From Patescibacteria group bacterium (GTDB lineage: Bacteria; Patescibacteriota; Patescibacteriia; CAIXNZ01): a DNA stretch of 64,000 bases. The notes beneath the pieces were generated by a model. The model searched no databases and had not been told where the DNA came from. It was given only the letters and a program-made list of their open reading frames with translations. Both the position numbers and the translations under genes were made by a program. Positions 29,801 to 39,100 of the stretch are shown piece by piece (the first letter of the stretch is position 1; each line of letters opens with the position of its first letter). The stretch spans positions 5,425 to 69,424 of the forward strand of contig JAQTMG010000004.1 of the NCBI GenBank assembly GCA_028714455.1, given 5' to 3'.

Positions 29801-30751
29801 ATTAAATTTTTTCCATATTTTGTCGACGTGAACGGTCTGGATGCCGTTAAATCTAACGCGCCGGCGGGTTATTCAAAAGTGCTGGTAAAAATACCGCCCG
29901 GTACTCAAGAGATGCACATGATTTATAATGTCAATCAAAATGTCGCGGCGCGAATAGCCGCCGGAGGTTCAGCCGATGCGCCTCCGGAGACGAATTCGGC
30001 TACTTCAGTATTTGAGCTTTGGGATGATTTTAACGGCACCCTTGATACTTCAAAGTGGACTATACAACAAGGTGATGGTGCTAGCGTAAGAATTGAAGGT
30101 GGTAAGCTACTTATATCGGGGCAAGATACAAGCGCAAATAATGATAGGTTTTTTGGGGTCACAAACGGCAAGGTAATGCAAAATAACACCTTGGTAAAAG
30201 TAGATTTTGCCGAGAGCACTGCTGATGGATTTGTATCTGGTAATTGGAAATCAACAATGGGTTTAAGTGGGTTGAGTCTTAATGCTGAAAGGCAGGAATT
30301 TTGCTGTTGGAATGGCCATGGGCTTTGCGGAGGGGCAATTCAGTGCTGGACCAGCGTAGTTAATAATGGTGGTAGCACTAATCGCTATGTTTCTCGCTGG
30401 GCCTCTTCTGGCGGTTGCGGAGGTAAGCCGACGTGGTGGGTCTGTGAAAAGAAATCTAATTTTCAGAATTATACTGGCCTTCAAGCCGCGACAATATACA
30501 CGATGCTTGATAATAACGGCAAATTAGTTTATAGCGAAAAAAATTTAAACGATCCCTCCAGAACGGTTGTGGATTCACCAGGTTCCCAGACCGTCAGTTT
30601 GCTATTTGGGCCCGATGAATATGGCAGACAGTTTAGCGCCAGTTTTGATAATTTAGTCGCCAGAAAATATATAGAATCAGAACCCGTGGCTACATTAAGC
30701 AATCCCTCGGGCACGAATTGTCCCTCGCAGACCGCGATTCCGTTACCTTGA
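26831..30751 (+). CDS. Secreted protein with Cys-rich repeats (Myxococcus cysteine-rich repeat/DUF4215-like) and a C-terminal concanavalin-A-like lectin/LamG-like domain
   Basis: Has a signal peptide. Repeats CGDGFLQSDCGEECDG and CGDAIIQRDHGETCDN are present, with many CxxxC modules. The C-terminus has FELWDDFNGTLDTSKWT, as in LamG or glycoside-hydrolase-16-like beta-sandwiches. Confidence 0.55.
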   Translation: MKNTGKNLIIFFLALAVIIFPNLSKAQAADDLLHEYILPISSYQDLGTVVAKKGAECDTAILYDNLGTGSPTNCAALSQSGDIKKADSVNNYLEVDKPAVVSYRFNIKEAGNYIFKIQTANLADNFSNFSNQEIDYLLQGANIRNFIKENDGLDSSFDQYALARSLIFSVYVNGQRKGYVIVPDTDFATQIQTGIVEIGNLQPGDQQIELRFLNDYNLDFSGLTLPDYFNNFLNVDLDRNKILDVNPIIFTAAVDSILPIEDVIGIRIYSNNENKYPADWYRDNVLNPNSNPENVMVDGYQGVLDGRTVYVSAANVDINTGKIYTNIYVIAYNENAAPATTEIYKLMLANFNFNTNLQVFYPGDYVKKKDQLRRDTIRKADVNRLNQLLASYRQKNGSFPAMSAGTFVPGHTISTWPSWQANLGNALGFGLPADPLNYMSTTIFQNDCTGSNSTSENCANVCSRDASSNPLTGCPANQQCVDGQFCSICPPGYDALTCWDQNNLRFAFETYNSQNCSNTNLLGAFNLGGSVPCSYDGSFVYQYTALNGGKAYLLNYRLEYQTSETCRPGQCFNSENGQCYNPGQCVDPIAHSYCLAGSLLSSCGDGFLQSDCGEECDGKLGSSNLCADSFGNHNFYTPVSGTCSSDCKIQSNTGLTPADCGGYCGDAIIQRDHGETCDNTSAYCVNCRCLPNCQGRCGGADDGCGGKCTANCGSGQVCSTNGNCVPQDCSLVCSGKCGIVSTCDCGGCVTGQDCVKNTCTVSAEPPCVVNCNGKKCGTDNCGNENGCGICGIGKKCDGASGQCVSDCASTCVPYNLESKIYPCGYDGCTNRYGCFYLTEENKYNTTNTATDCQTDYKLGGSAWTCNQFLGRCTCELSPTDPRSCLDRCSGYDGCGRICGVSGQCKEGPCNTNGLVKPGADKSTLNRCLTCSNYCQIWKGEGGSSSCYDYKIVTVPPFDFVDTDGTGYPVTVYVPNNIVSTGIRFVDKDDRIKFFPYFVDVNGLDAVKSNAPAGYSKVLVKIPPGTQEMHMIYNVNQNVAARIAAGGSADAPPETNSATSVFELWDDFNGTLDTSKWTIQQGDGASVRIEGGKLLISGQDTSANNDRFFGVTNGKVMQNNTLVKVDFAESTADGFVSGNWKSTMGLSGLSLNAERQEFCCWNGHGLCGGAIQCWTSVVNNGGSTNRYVSRWASSGGCGGKPTWWVCEKKSNFQNYTGLQAATIYTMLDNNGKLVYSEKNLNDPSRTVVDSPGSQTVSLLFGPDEYGRQFSASFDNLVARKYIESEPVATLSNPSGTNCPSQTAIPLP

Positions 30752-30789
30752 TTAAATTAAAAATTTTTAATAAATAATATTTAACAAAT

Positions 30790-31788
30790 ATGGCAATGTT
30801 TAACCAGCCAAACCAACAAGGAAATTCCGGACAAGCGCCGGCTCCGACCAGAATAGCGCCGCCGCCGATTCGCCCGCCCATGCCGTCTCGAGAACCGGAA
30901 GATATTTTCGCCAATATTCCCTCACGGCAGACAGGGTCAACGGGAGCATCACAGACGCCGACACCGCCCAGAAGAGGGGGTCGTAGGATTGCTTTAGTTT
31001 TTATTATTTTTATCATCATCATTTTGCTGGTGGTGGGCGGAGCACTGGCTTATTTAAGTTTTGTCAGACAACCCGCTGCTCCAGTCGTTAATCTGCCCAA
31101 CATAAACGTTCCGCTAGTAAATCAGAATGCCAATGTGAATCAAAACGTGAATTTGAATGCGCCGATCAATTCGAATGTCAACACGAATGTCAATCAACCG
31201 GTCGCGCCGAGCCTGGGTTACGCAATCGGAATAGATTCGGATAATGATGGCCTGACTAACATCGAAGAAACGCTTTATGGCACGGAGCCAAATAATCCAG
31301 ACACTGATAAGGATGGTTTTTCCGACGGCAGCGAGCTAATCAATCTTTATGACCCGACAAAAGGAGCCGGGGCTTTGTTGGCCAATTCAACGCTAATCAA
31401 GATTTATACAAATTCTAAATTCACTCATTCGATTTTTTATCCGGCGAAATGGTCTGCGGAGGCAAATTCAGATGGTACGCAGACAGTCTTTCAGTCAAGC
31501 GATGAAGAAAACATTAAGGTCAGCGTTCAGAATAATCCCGCCAAGGTCACGCTTTATGAATTTGTGCTGTCCAAAAATCCGACGGCTGATTTGACTCAAT
31601 ACACCAAGACGACCACAAAAGGCGGGTATGACGATCTCGTTAGCCCTGACAAATTGACGCATTTTGTCACGCGGGAAAGCCAAATCGACAAGGTCTATGT
31701 CATTACTTATACTCTGGGCGCCGAAGAGGTGGCTTATTATCTCTCGACTCTACAAATGATGGTTAACAGCTTTAAACTTACTAAATAA
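30790..31788 (+). CDS. Membrane-anchored protein with Pro-rich N-terminus, Asn/Val-rich linker and acidic DxDxDG (thrombospondin-type-3-like) motifs; first of two tandem paralogs
   Basis: Single transmembrane helix. The linker is NVNQNVNLNAPINSNVNTNVNQ. The motif is DSDNDGLTNIEETLYGTEPNNPDTDKDGFSDGSE. Confidence 0.5.
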   Translation: MAMFNQPNQQGNSGQAPAPTRIAPPPIRPPMPSREPEDIFANIPSRQTGSTGASQTPTPPRRGGRRIALVFIIFIIIILLVVGGALAYLSFVRQPAAPVVNLPNINVPLVNQNANVNQNVNLNAPINSNVNTNVNQPVAPSLGYAIGIDSDNDGLTNIEETLYGTEPNNPDTDKDGFSDGSELINLYDPTKGAGALLANSTLIKIYTNSKFTHSIFYPAKWSAEANSDGTQTVFQSSDEENIKVSVQNNPAKVTLYEFVLSKNPTADLTQYTKTTTKGGYDDLVSPDKLTHFVTRESQIDKVYVITYTLGAEEVAYYLSTLQMMVNSFKLTK

Positions 31789-31814
31789 TTTTTAGCGCAA
31801 GCAATCATAAAATT

Positions 31815-32816
31815 ATGGCCGATCAAAACTTACAGCAGGAAATTTCCAAACCCAAACTCGAACCGTACGAAATCCACACCATGCCAACAAAATATCTGAA
31901 AGCCAATTCTCCCCAAAAAGGCGGTCTTGGCCGAACCATCATTATAATATTGGCAGTTGTTGTTTTTCTCGGTTTGGCGGGTTTTGGCGCCTATTATTTC
32001 TTTACTTTCCTGCAAGGCCAGACCGGCGCACCAGCCATTACAAATTTATCGACGGTTAATTTGAACACGAATGTTAACCAAACGCCGCTCAATGTCAACA
32101 CAGCGCCGACAAATACCGGCCTGGGTTTTGGCAACGAGAATTTAAACTTGGCCACGAACGTTAATCTTTTGCCGGAAGTGAATCTCAACATAAACGCAGG
32201 AATCAATACAAATTCGGCAGGTACCGCGGCGGTTACTTATTTCAGCAGTCTGGATTCGGATAGAGATGGGTTGACTGACGTCGAGGAAGATCTTTACGGC
32301 ACAGAAGTAAATAAGCCGGACACAGACGAGGATGGGTTTATTGATGGTTCTGAATTGGTAAATCTTTTCAACCCCAAAGCGGGTAACGGTTCGCTCTTGG
32401 TTACTTCGGGTCTCATCAACCCTTATGATAATCCGTCATTCAACTACGAAATTTTTTACCCGGCCAAGTGGCTGGCGCGCCCGACCGATCAGAGTTTGAG
32501 AGAAGTAATTTTCCAGTCAGCGACCGATGAATACGTCTCGGTCAGAGTGGCCGATAACGCCAGCAAACTCTCTCTGGTTGATTGGTATGTCAGTCAATTT
32601 GGCAGTGAAGATCTGGGCGCACTCACCCAAAACACTACAAAAAATGGGATGCAAGCGCTGCTCTCGGAGAATAAATTAACGTATTATATGTATTCCGATA
32701 AAACTCCTGATCTTGTTTATGTTATTTCTTATTTTATTGGCAACAGGACACAGGTGAATTTTTCGACCACCTTTCAGATGATGGCAAGCAGTTTCAAAAT
32801 AGTGCCAAAACCCTAG
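31815..32816 (+). CDS. Second tandem paralog of the membrane-anchored protein with DxDxDG motifs
   Basis: Same architecture as its neighbour. The motif is DSDRDGLTDVEEDLYGTEVNKPDTDEDGFIDGSE. Confidence 0.5.
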   Translation: MADQNLQQEISKPKLEPYEIHTMPTKYLKANSPQKGGLGRTIIIILAVVVFLGLAGFGAYYFFTFLQGQTGAPAITNLSTVNLNTNVNQTPLNVNTAPTNTGLGFGNENLNLATNVNLLPEVNLNINAGINTNSAGTAAVTYFSSLDSDRDGLTDVEEDLYGTEVNKPDTDEDGFIDGSELVNLFNPKAGNGSLLVTSGLINPYDNPSFNYEIFYPAKWLARPTDQSLREVIFQSATDEYVSVRVADNASKLSLVDWYVSQFGSEDLGALTQNTTKNGMQALLSENKLTYYMYSDKTPDLVYVISYFIGNRTQVNFSTTFQMMASSFKIVPKP

Positions 32817-32818
32817 CT

Positions 32819-33268
32819 ATGGTTTTGAATTTTTATAATAAAATAAAAGAAAGGCCGCCCGTCAGCAAAGAGAAGGTTAAAAAGATTTTAGCGATGACTG
32901 CTTACGAACTGAAGATTGAAAAAAACTTTGAATTGTCGGTATTATTAGTTGGTCCTAGAGAAATAAAAGACCTGAATAAAAAATATAGACAAAGAGATAA
33001 AGTTACTGATGTTTTATCTTTCAGTCAAAAAGAGGGAGAGAAGATGAAGTTACCCCAAGAAGCTGAAAATTATTTGGGCGATATAGTCATTTGTCTGGCT
33101 CAGGCGAAAAAGCAATCAAAGAATTTCAACTTCACCTTTGCCGAAGAATTTTCTCTACTCCTGATTCATGGTTTTTTACACCTTAATGGTTATGACGATG
33201 AAACTTTAAAAGGATGCAGGCGGATGGAAAAAATTCAAAATAAAGTTCTATCTAGAATTTATGGCTAA
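32819..33268 (+). CDS. ybeY: rRNA maturation endoribonuclease YbeY
   Basis: The zinc-binding motif HGFLHLNGYDDE (H..H....D.) is present. Confidence 0.8.
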   Translation: MVLNFYNKIKERPPVSKEKVKKILAMTAYELKIEKNFELSVLLVGPREIKDLNKKYRQRDKVTDVLSFSQKEGEKMKLPQEAENYLGDIVICLAQAKKQSKNFNFTFAEEFSLLLIHGFLHLNGYDDETLKGCRRMEKIQNKVLSRIYG

Positions 33269-33632
33269 ACAAAATAGATTATTAAAAAGTTTTGGCTTCG
33301 CCCTAATCGGTTTGGCTAAAGTATTCAAAGAAGAAAAGAATTTTCAGATACACACGGCCGTAACTCTGATCGTTTTATTTTTCGCCTTTTATTTTCAGAT
33401 CGCCATTTGGCAATGGGTCGTTTTGATTTTAATAATCGCTCTGGTTATGGTTTTAGAGATAATCAACAGTATTTTTGAACGTCTGCTGGATTTGATTAAG
33501 CCGCGCCTCCATGAATACGTCGGCGATATTAAAGACATGACGGCAGCCGCCGTCTTAGTCGGCGCCGTGTCAGCGGCGATTATAGGTTTGATAATTTTTA
33601 TTCCTTATATCGTAGCTAAATTTTTTAGTTAA
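33261..33632 (+). CDS. dgkA: Diacylglycerol kinase / undecaprenol kinase (DgkA family)
   Basis: 123 aa with 3 transmembrane helices. The motif LEIINSIFERLLD is present. It overlaps ybeY by 8 nt, and ybeY-dgkA linkage is common. Confidence 0.7.
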   Translation: MAKQNRLLKSFGFALIGLAKVFKEEKNFQIHTAVTLIVLFFAFYFQIAIWQWVVLILIIALVMVLEIINSIFERLLDLIKPRLHEYVGDIKDMTAAAVLVGAVSAAIIGLIIFIPYIVAKFFS

Positions 33633-33644
33633 GTTAGATAATTT

Positions 33645-34889
33645 ATGGCACAAGAAGAAATAATAGTTGGTTTGGACATCGGCTCTTCTTCCGTTAAGAT
33701 TGCTATCGCGCAGAGCGTGGCTGAAAATAAAGAGAGGGGTACGAAAATAAACATCGTCGGCGCGGTGGAACAGGTCGCGGAAGGCATTAATCGTGGCGTG
33801 GTGACTAGCATCGAAGACGCCTCACAAAGCGTAGCCAAGGCGCTGGATAAAGCCGAAAAGACTACAGGGTTGCCTATAGCCTCGGCTTACGTTAGTATTT
33901 CAGGCGGTCACATTATCACGCAAATTAGCAAGGGTGTAGTCGCGGTTTCCAAGACGGACGGCGAAGTCAGGCCGGAAGACGTGGAAAGGGCCATCGAAGC
34001 CGCTAAGACCGTCACTACGCCGCCAAACTATGAGATTTTGCACGTCATACCACGCAGCTTCACGGTTGACGGCCAGAGCGGTATTAAAGACCCCGTGGGC
34101 ATGACTGGCGTGCGTCTTGAGGTTGAAACCTATATTATTGAGGGCTTGAGTTCTCAAATAAAGAATTTAACCAAATGCGTTTATCAGACCGGCCTGGATA
34201 TTGAAGATCTTGTCTTGTCCAGCTTGGCCACCAGTGAAGCCGTTTTGACAAACAGGCAAAAAGAATTGGGCGTAGCTGTTATTAACATCGGCGGCGCTAC
34301 TACGAGCTTTGCCGTTTTTGAAGAGGGTGATTTATTATCAACTGGTGTAATACCAATTGGTTCAGAACATATAACTTCTGACATAGCCATTGGTTTAAGA
34401 ACTTCAATTGAAGTTGCTAACGCCGTTAAATTAAAATATGGTATAGCCAGCGCCAGAGAAACAGACAGACGAGAAGAATTTGATTTGCATGAATTCGATG
34501 AAAACGAAGAGGGTATGATTTCCAGAAGGTACTTGGCCGAAATAATAGAAGCCAGGATAGAAGAAATTTTTGAAAAAGTGGATCAGGAATTAAAAAAGAT
34601 AGATCGTAGTGGCTCTCTGCCGGGCGGTTGCGTCTTGACCGGCGGCGGTTCCAAACTACCAAAAATAATTGACGTGTGTAAGAGAAAGCTGCGTCTGCCC
34701 GCCTCGCTCGGTTACCCTTATGATATTATCAGCGTAATTGATAAAGTAAACGATTTGTCTTTCACAACGGCCGTTGGCTTAGTTAAGTGGGGGAATCAAA
34801 TTTCAAAAAATCAAGGCGGCTCAAAATTTAAAAGCGTGACAAACGCAACCAATAAAATGAAAAAGTGGTTTAAATCTCTGATGCCTTAA
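33645..34889 (+). CDS. ftsA: Cell division protein FtsA
   Basis: Actin-like ATPase. The N-terminus is IVGLDIGSSSVKIAI. It lies immediately upstream of ftsZ. Confidence 0.85.
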   Translation: MAQEEIIVGLDIGSSSVKIAIAQSVAENKERGTKINIVGAVEQVAEGINRGVVTSIEDASQSVAKALDKAEKTTGLPIASAYVSISGGHIITQISKGVVAVSKTDGEVRPEDVERAIEAAKTVTTPPNYEILHVIPRSFTVDGQSGIKDPVGMTGVRLEVETYIIEGLSSQIKNLTKCVYQTGLDIEDLVLSSLATSEAVLTNRQKELGVAVINIGGATTSFAVFEEGDLLSTGVIPIGSEHITSDIAIGLRTSIEVANAVKLKYGIASARETDRREEFDLHEFDENEEGMISRRYLAEIIEARIEEIFEKVDQELKKIDRSGSLPGGCVLTGGGSKLPKIIDVCKRKLRLPASLGYPYDIISVIDKVNDLSFTTAVGLVKWGNQISKNQGGSKFKSVTNATNKMKKWFKSLMP

Positions 34890-34998
34890 AATCGGGTGAA
34901 CACATTATTTGTCCATAAGTGTGTAAAAAGCGGTTTACAGCCGCTTCTTTTTGTTCTAAAATATAAGTAAACAATAACTAATTTAAACTTTTAAAAAT

Positions 34999-36168
34999 AT
35001 GGAAATAAAACCAGAGATAGAAACCTTTGCTAAGATAAAAGTAATAGGTGTCGGAGGCAGCGGCGGTTCTACGGTTAATAACATGGTTAACTCCAAAATT
35101 AAAGGAGTTGAATTTGTTAATATCAACACCGATGTTCAGGCCTTGCATCATTCGCAAGCCGCCAAAAAACTCCACATCGGCAAAACTATTACTCGTGGTT
35201 TGGGCGCGGGCATGAATCCGGAACTGGGCGGTAAGGCGGCGGAAGAATCACAAAACGAAATTAGAGAAATCCTAAAAGGAGCTGACATGGTTTTTATAAC
35301 TTGCGGACTTGGCGGCGGTACAGGCAGCGGTGCTTCTCCCTTGATTGCCGAGATAGCCAGAGAGTCAGGCGCTCTGACAGTAGCCGTGGTTACAAAACCA
35401 TTTTCGTTTGAAGGCGCTCAAAGAAAAAATATCGCAGATGCGGCTTGGGGTAATTTAAAAGACAAGGTTGATACTTTAATAACAATTCAAAATGATCGTC
35501 TGCTTCAGATAACAGACAAAAAGACTTCGATGCTTGAAGCTTTTTCAATCGCCGATGATATTTTAAAGCAAGCGATTTCTGGACTTTCGGAAATTATCAC
35601 CGTGCCCGGCAGAATTAACGTTGACTTTGCCGATGTCAAAGCGATAATGTCCGGCCAGGGTACTGCCTTGATGGGGCTTGGTCAGTCTAGCGGTGAAAAT
35701 AGAGCGATCGAAGCTGCCAAGGCAGCCATCTCCAGTCCGCTTTTGGAACTTTCAATGGATGGCGCCAAAGGAGTTCTATTTATTATCTCTGGCAGTTCGG
35801 ATTTGAGCATGCACGAGGTTCACGAGGCGGCCAAAATTATTACTAGTTCGGCCGATTCCGACGCCAAGGTTATTTGGGGAGCCGTGATTGATGATAAACT
35901 GGGCGACGTGGCTAAGATTACAGTAATTGCCACTGGTTTTGAAGGAAAAAGCCTGAAAGGCAAAGAAGCAGAAACAAAGATTTTCACCAAGGAAGCCAAC
36001 ATTTATAAACCAAATCAATTTTTATCAGAAAATTCCAGAAAAGAGGATAATGAAGAAATTAAACCAAAAAAGAAAATCAGAGATGATTACAAAATTCAGC
36101 AACCGACTAAAGAGGCAGAAGAAGACATTGACATCCCGGCTTTCATTCGAAAAAAAATGGATAAATAA
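34999..36168 (+). CDS. ftsZ: Cell division GTPase FtsZ
   Basis: The tubulin signature GGGTGSGA and the N-terminal GVGGSGGSTVNNM are present. Confidence 0.95.
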   Translation: MEIKPEIETFAKIKVIGVGGSGGSTVNNMVNSKIKGVEFVNINTDVQALHHSQAAKKLHIGKTITRGLGAGMNPELGGKAAEESQNEIREILKGADMVFITCGLGGGTGSGASPLIAEIARESGALTVAVVTKPFSFEGAQRKNIADAAWGNLKDKVDTLITIQNDRLLQITDKKTSMLEAFSIADDILKQAISGLSEIITVPGRINVDFADVKAIMSGQGTALMGLGQSSGENRAIEAAKAAISSPLLELSMDGAKGVLFIISGSSDLSMHEVHEAAKIITSSADSDAKVIWGAVIDDKLGDVAKITVIATGFEGKSLKGKEAETKIFTKEANIYKPNQFLSENSRKEDNEEIKPKKKIRDDYKIQQPTKEAEEDIDIPAFIRKKMDK

Positions 36169-36180
36169 AATATAAAATAA

Positions 36181-36210
36181 AAAATCTTCCGGTCGTCGGA
36201 AGATTTTTTA
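36181..36210 (+). terminator. Intrinsic terminator after ftsZ
   Basis: Hairpin ATCTTCCG-GTCGT-CGGAAGAT followed by T5. Confidence 0.7.
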
Positions 36211-36309
36211 ATTAAAAATATATATTTTTTATCCACAGCTTTTTTACGACACTCACGAAAAGTAAATTTTTTAGGGTTAAAGTGGGACTCGGATAAAAAA
36301 ATAGTCGAG

Positions 36310-36365
36310 TTGACAAACACAATATCTAGTATAAAATTAATATTAGGATACACTAAATATTGTGT
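36310..36365 (+). promoter_or_regulatory. Two NrdR boxes overlapping a TTGACA promoter element, upstream of nrdR-nrdD-nrdG
   Basis: ACACAATATCTAGTAT at 36317-36332 and the palindromic ACACTAAATATTGTGT at 36350-36365. Their starts are 33 bp apart. TTGACA lies at 36310-36315. Confidence 0.5.
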
Positions 36366-36416
36366 CTTTAATTTTAGAGCAAAGTCATTTGCTAAGTTGT
36401 TTTGCTCCCTAAAAAT

Positions 36417-36890
36417 ATGAAGTGTCCAGTTTGCAGTTACAAGGAAACAAAGGTCATTGATTCCAGAATAGCCCTAGACGGCATAACCGTTCGGCGCAGA
36501 CGCGAATGTCTAAAATGCGGTTTTCGCTTTAGCACGTACGAGGAGGTCGAGCTCCTTGATTTGATGGTTTTGAAGCGCGATGGTTCGAAACAGGCTTATT
36601 CTAGAGAAAAACTCGAACAAGGATTGAGAAAATCATTAGAAAGAAGGCCTATCTCTGAAGAGCAGTTTCGCCTGCTGGTCAACAAAATCGAAAGAGACAT
36701 CCAGGCCCTGAAGAAAAGCGAAATTTCCAGCAAAGAGATTGGCGAGATTGTCATGAAAGAACTTAAAAAAAAGGATCCAGTCGCTTATATAAGATTTGCC
36801 TCCGTTTATCGCGCCTTTCAGGATCTGGAGAGCTTTCAAAAAGAAATTAATGCCGTTTTTAAAAGTAAAAAGAAGAGAGATAAGAACTAA
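36417..36890 (+). CDS. nrdR: Transcriptional repressor NrdR
   Basis: An N-terminal zinc ribbon (MKCPVCSYKETKVIDSR...CLKCGFRF) is followed by an ATP-cone. The true start is probably the ATG at 36417 (MKCP); the listed ORF starts at an upstream TTG. Confidence 0.9.
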   Translation: MKCPVCSYKETKVIDSRIALDGITVRRRRECLKCGFRFSTYEEVELLDLMVLKRDGSKQAYSREKLEQGLRKSLERRPISEEQFRLLVNKIERDIQALKKSEISSKEIGEIVMKELKKKDPVAYIRFASVYRAFQDLESFQKEINAVFKSKKKRDKN

Positions 36891-37001
36891 TGGCCCAAAA
36901 GAGCTATAGCCAAAAGGCAAATTGGTTTGGTTTTAACCTTTTAGCCTATTAGCCCATAGTTCCTATAATTCCTATAAATAAAATAATTTTAGTAAATAAA
37001 T

Positions 37002-39056
37002 ATGGGTAAGATTTCTAAGCTTAAAAAAAGAGATGATCGCATCGTAGACTTTGATTTGAGTAAGGTTGAATTGGCGATTTACAAGGCCATGGAGGGAGTG
37101 GGAGATCCGAACAAGAAGAAGGCCAAAAAAATCGCTCTTGATGTTGAGAAAGAACTGAATAAGAAATTCCACGAGAGAAGTATTCCGGCCGTAGAAGAAG
37201 TCCAAGATCTTGTTGAGGTTGCTTTGATAAAAAATAAGCAGATAAAAACGGCCAAGGCCTATATCTTATACCGCGATCAGCACGCCCAGATTAGAAATCT
37301 GAAAGCCATGATCGATTCTGATTCTTTGATCGAAGGCTACCTGTTTCAGAGCGACTGGCGAGTCAAGGAAAATAGCAACATGGCCTATTCGTTGCAGGGC
37401 TTAAATAACCACGTGGCTTCGGCCGTCTCCTCTCATTACTGGCTGCACAAGGTGTACCCGCAGGAAGTGCGTGATGCCCATTTGAATGCCGATATTCATA
37501 TACATGATTTGCAGACGCTGGCTTCTTATTGTTGCGGCTGGGATTTGCGTGATTTATTGATGAGAGGCTTTGGCGGCGTTGAGGGCAAAGTAAGCTCAAA
37601 ACCACCGAAGCATTTTAGAACCGCCCTGGGCCAGATGGTGAACTTTTTTTACACTGTGCAGGGAGAAATAGCCGGCGCCGTGGCTTTCTCAAATTTTGAC
37701 ACTTATTTGGCTCCCTTTATCGCTTATGACAATCTAACATACGATGACGTGAAGCAATGCATTCAGGAATTTATTTTTAACATGAACGTGCCGACTCGCG
37801 TAGGCTTTCAGACGCCGTTTACCAATCTTACCCTTGATTTAAAAGTGCCTGACATGATGAAGGAGGAGCCTGTCATTATCGGTGGTAAATTTCAGGAAAA
37901 GACTTATAAGGATTTTCAGAAAGAAATGGATTTGCTCAATAACGCTTTTACCGAAGTCATGATCGCCGGCGATGCTCACGGTCGCGTCTTTACCTTTCCC
38001 ATCCCGACTTATAATATTACCAAGGATTTTGACTGGCAAAACGAGGTAGTTGATAAGATTATGGAGATGACCGCCAAATACGGTATTCCTTATTTTTCAA
38101 ATTTTGTTAACAGCGACATGAAGCCCGAAGACGCGCGCAGCATGTGCTGCCGCCTTCGCCTGGATAATCGCGAGTTAAGGAAAAAGGGCGGCGGTCTTTT
38201 CGCTGCCAACCCGCTGACCGGTTCAATCGGCGTAGTGACTATTAATCTCGCTCGCATCGGCCACTTGGCGAAGAATAAAGAAGAATACAAAGAACGCCTA
38301 GAGAGGATGATGATTATTTCGAAAACCAGCCTGGAACAAAAACGCAAGATAGTAGAAAAATTTACCGAGGAGGGTCTTTATCCTTACTCCCGTTATTACT
38401 TGCAGGATATCAAAAATAAATACGGTGAATATTGGAAGAACCATTTTAATACCATCGGCATCAACGGTATGAATGAAGCAGCCCAAAATCTTCTTGGCAA
38501 AGACATCACTACGCCAGAGGGTCGAGAATTTGCGCTCGAGATACTGAATTTTATGAGGGAAAAGATGATGGATTATCAATTAGAGACAAACAGCTTGTTC
38601 AATCTGGAAGCCACGCCAGCCGAAGGCACCTCTTATCGCTTTGCCAAGGCTGATAAAGAGAGATTCCCTGATATTATTTGCGCCAATGAGCAGGCTTATC
38701 GAGAAAAAGGCGCGGAACCATACTATACTAACTCATCCCAACTGCCGGTTAGCTTTACTGATGATATGTTTGAGGCTCTTGATTTGCAAGATGATCTGCA
38801 GACGCGCTATACTGGAGGTACAGTCTTCCACGGTTTTGTCGGCGAGAAGATGCCCTCGATTGAGGCGACGAAAAGCTTAGTTAAAAAAATCGCCGAGAGA
38901 TATCATCTGCCTTACTTTACCATCACGCCGACATTCAGCATATGTCCCGTTCACGGCTATATAGCGGGAGAACATTTTTTCTGTCCTAAATGCGATCAGG
39001 AGATCGGTTATATCGAGGCGGAACCGGAAAAGAAGCTAGAATTTGCCAATAATTAA
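37002..39056 (+). CDS. nrdD: Anaerobic ribonucleoside-triphosphate reductase NrdD (class III), truncated before the glycyl-radical domain
   Basis: An N-terminal ATP-cone and the class III RNR core are present. The C-terminus has a zinc site (CPVHG...CPKC) but ends without the RVxGY glycyl-radical loop. Confidence 0.85.
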   Translation: MGKISKLKKRDDRIVDFDLSKVELAIYKAMEGVGDPNKKKAKKIALDVEKELNKKFHERSIPAVEEVQDLVEVALIKNKQIKTAKAYILYRDQHAQIRNLKAMIDSDSLIEGYLFQSDWRVKENSNMAYSLQGLNNHVASAVSSHYWLHKVYPQEVRDAHLNADIHIHDLQTLASYCCGWDLRDLLMRGFGGVEGKVSSKPPKHFRTALGQMVNFFYTVQGEIAGAVAFSNFDTYLAPFIAYDNLTYDDVKQCIQEFIFNMNVPTRVGFQTPFTNLTLDLKVPDMMKEEPVIIGGKFQEKTYKDFQKEMDLLNNAFTEVMIAGDAHGRVFTFPIPTYNITKDFDWQNEVVDKIMEMTAKYGIPYFSNFVNSDMKPEDARSMCCRLRLDNRELRKKGGGLFAANPLTGSIGVVTINLARIGHLAKNKEEYKERLERMMIISKTSLEQKRKIVEKFTEEGLYPYSRYYLQDIKNKYGEYWKNHFNTIGINGMNEAAQNLLGKDITTPEGREFALEILNFMREKMMDYQLETNSLFNLEATPAEGTSYRFAKADKERFPDIICANEQAYREKGAEPYYTNSSQLPVSFTDDMFEALDLQDDLQTRYTGGTVFHGFVGEKMPSIEATKSLVKKIAERYHLPYFTITPTFSICPVHGYIAGEHFFCPKCDQEIGYIEAEPEKKLEFANN

Positions 39057-39100
39057 TCAATTTTATATCTATCTGCCCGCGGCAGGTAGCCAGGAGGAGT

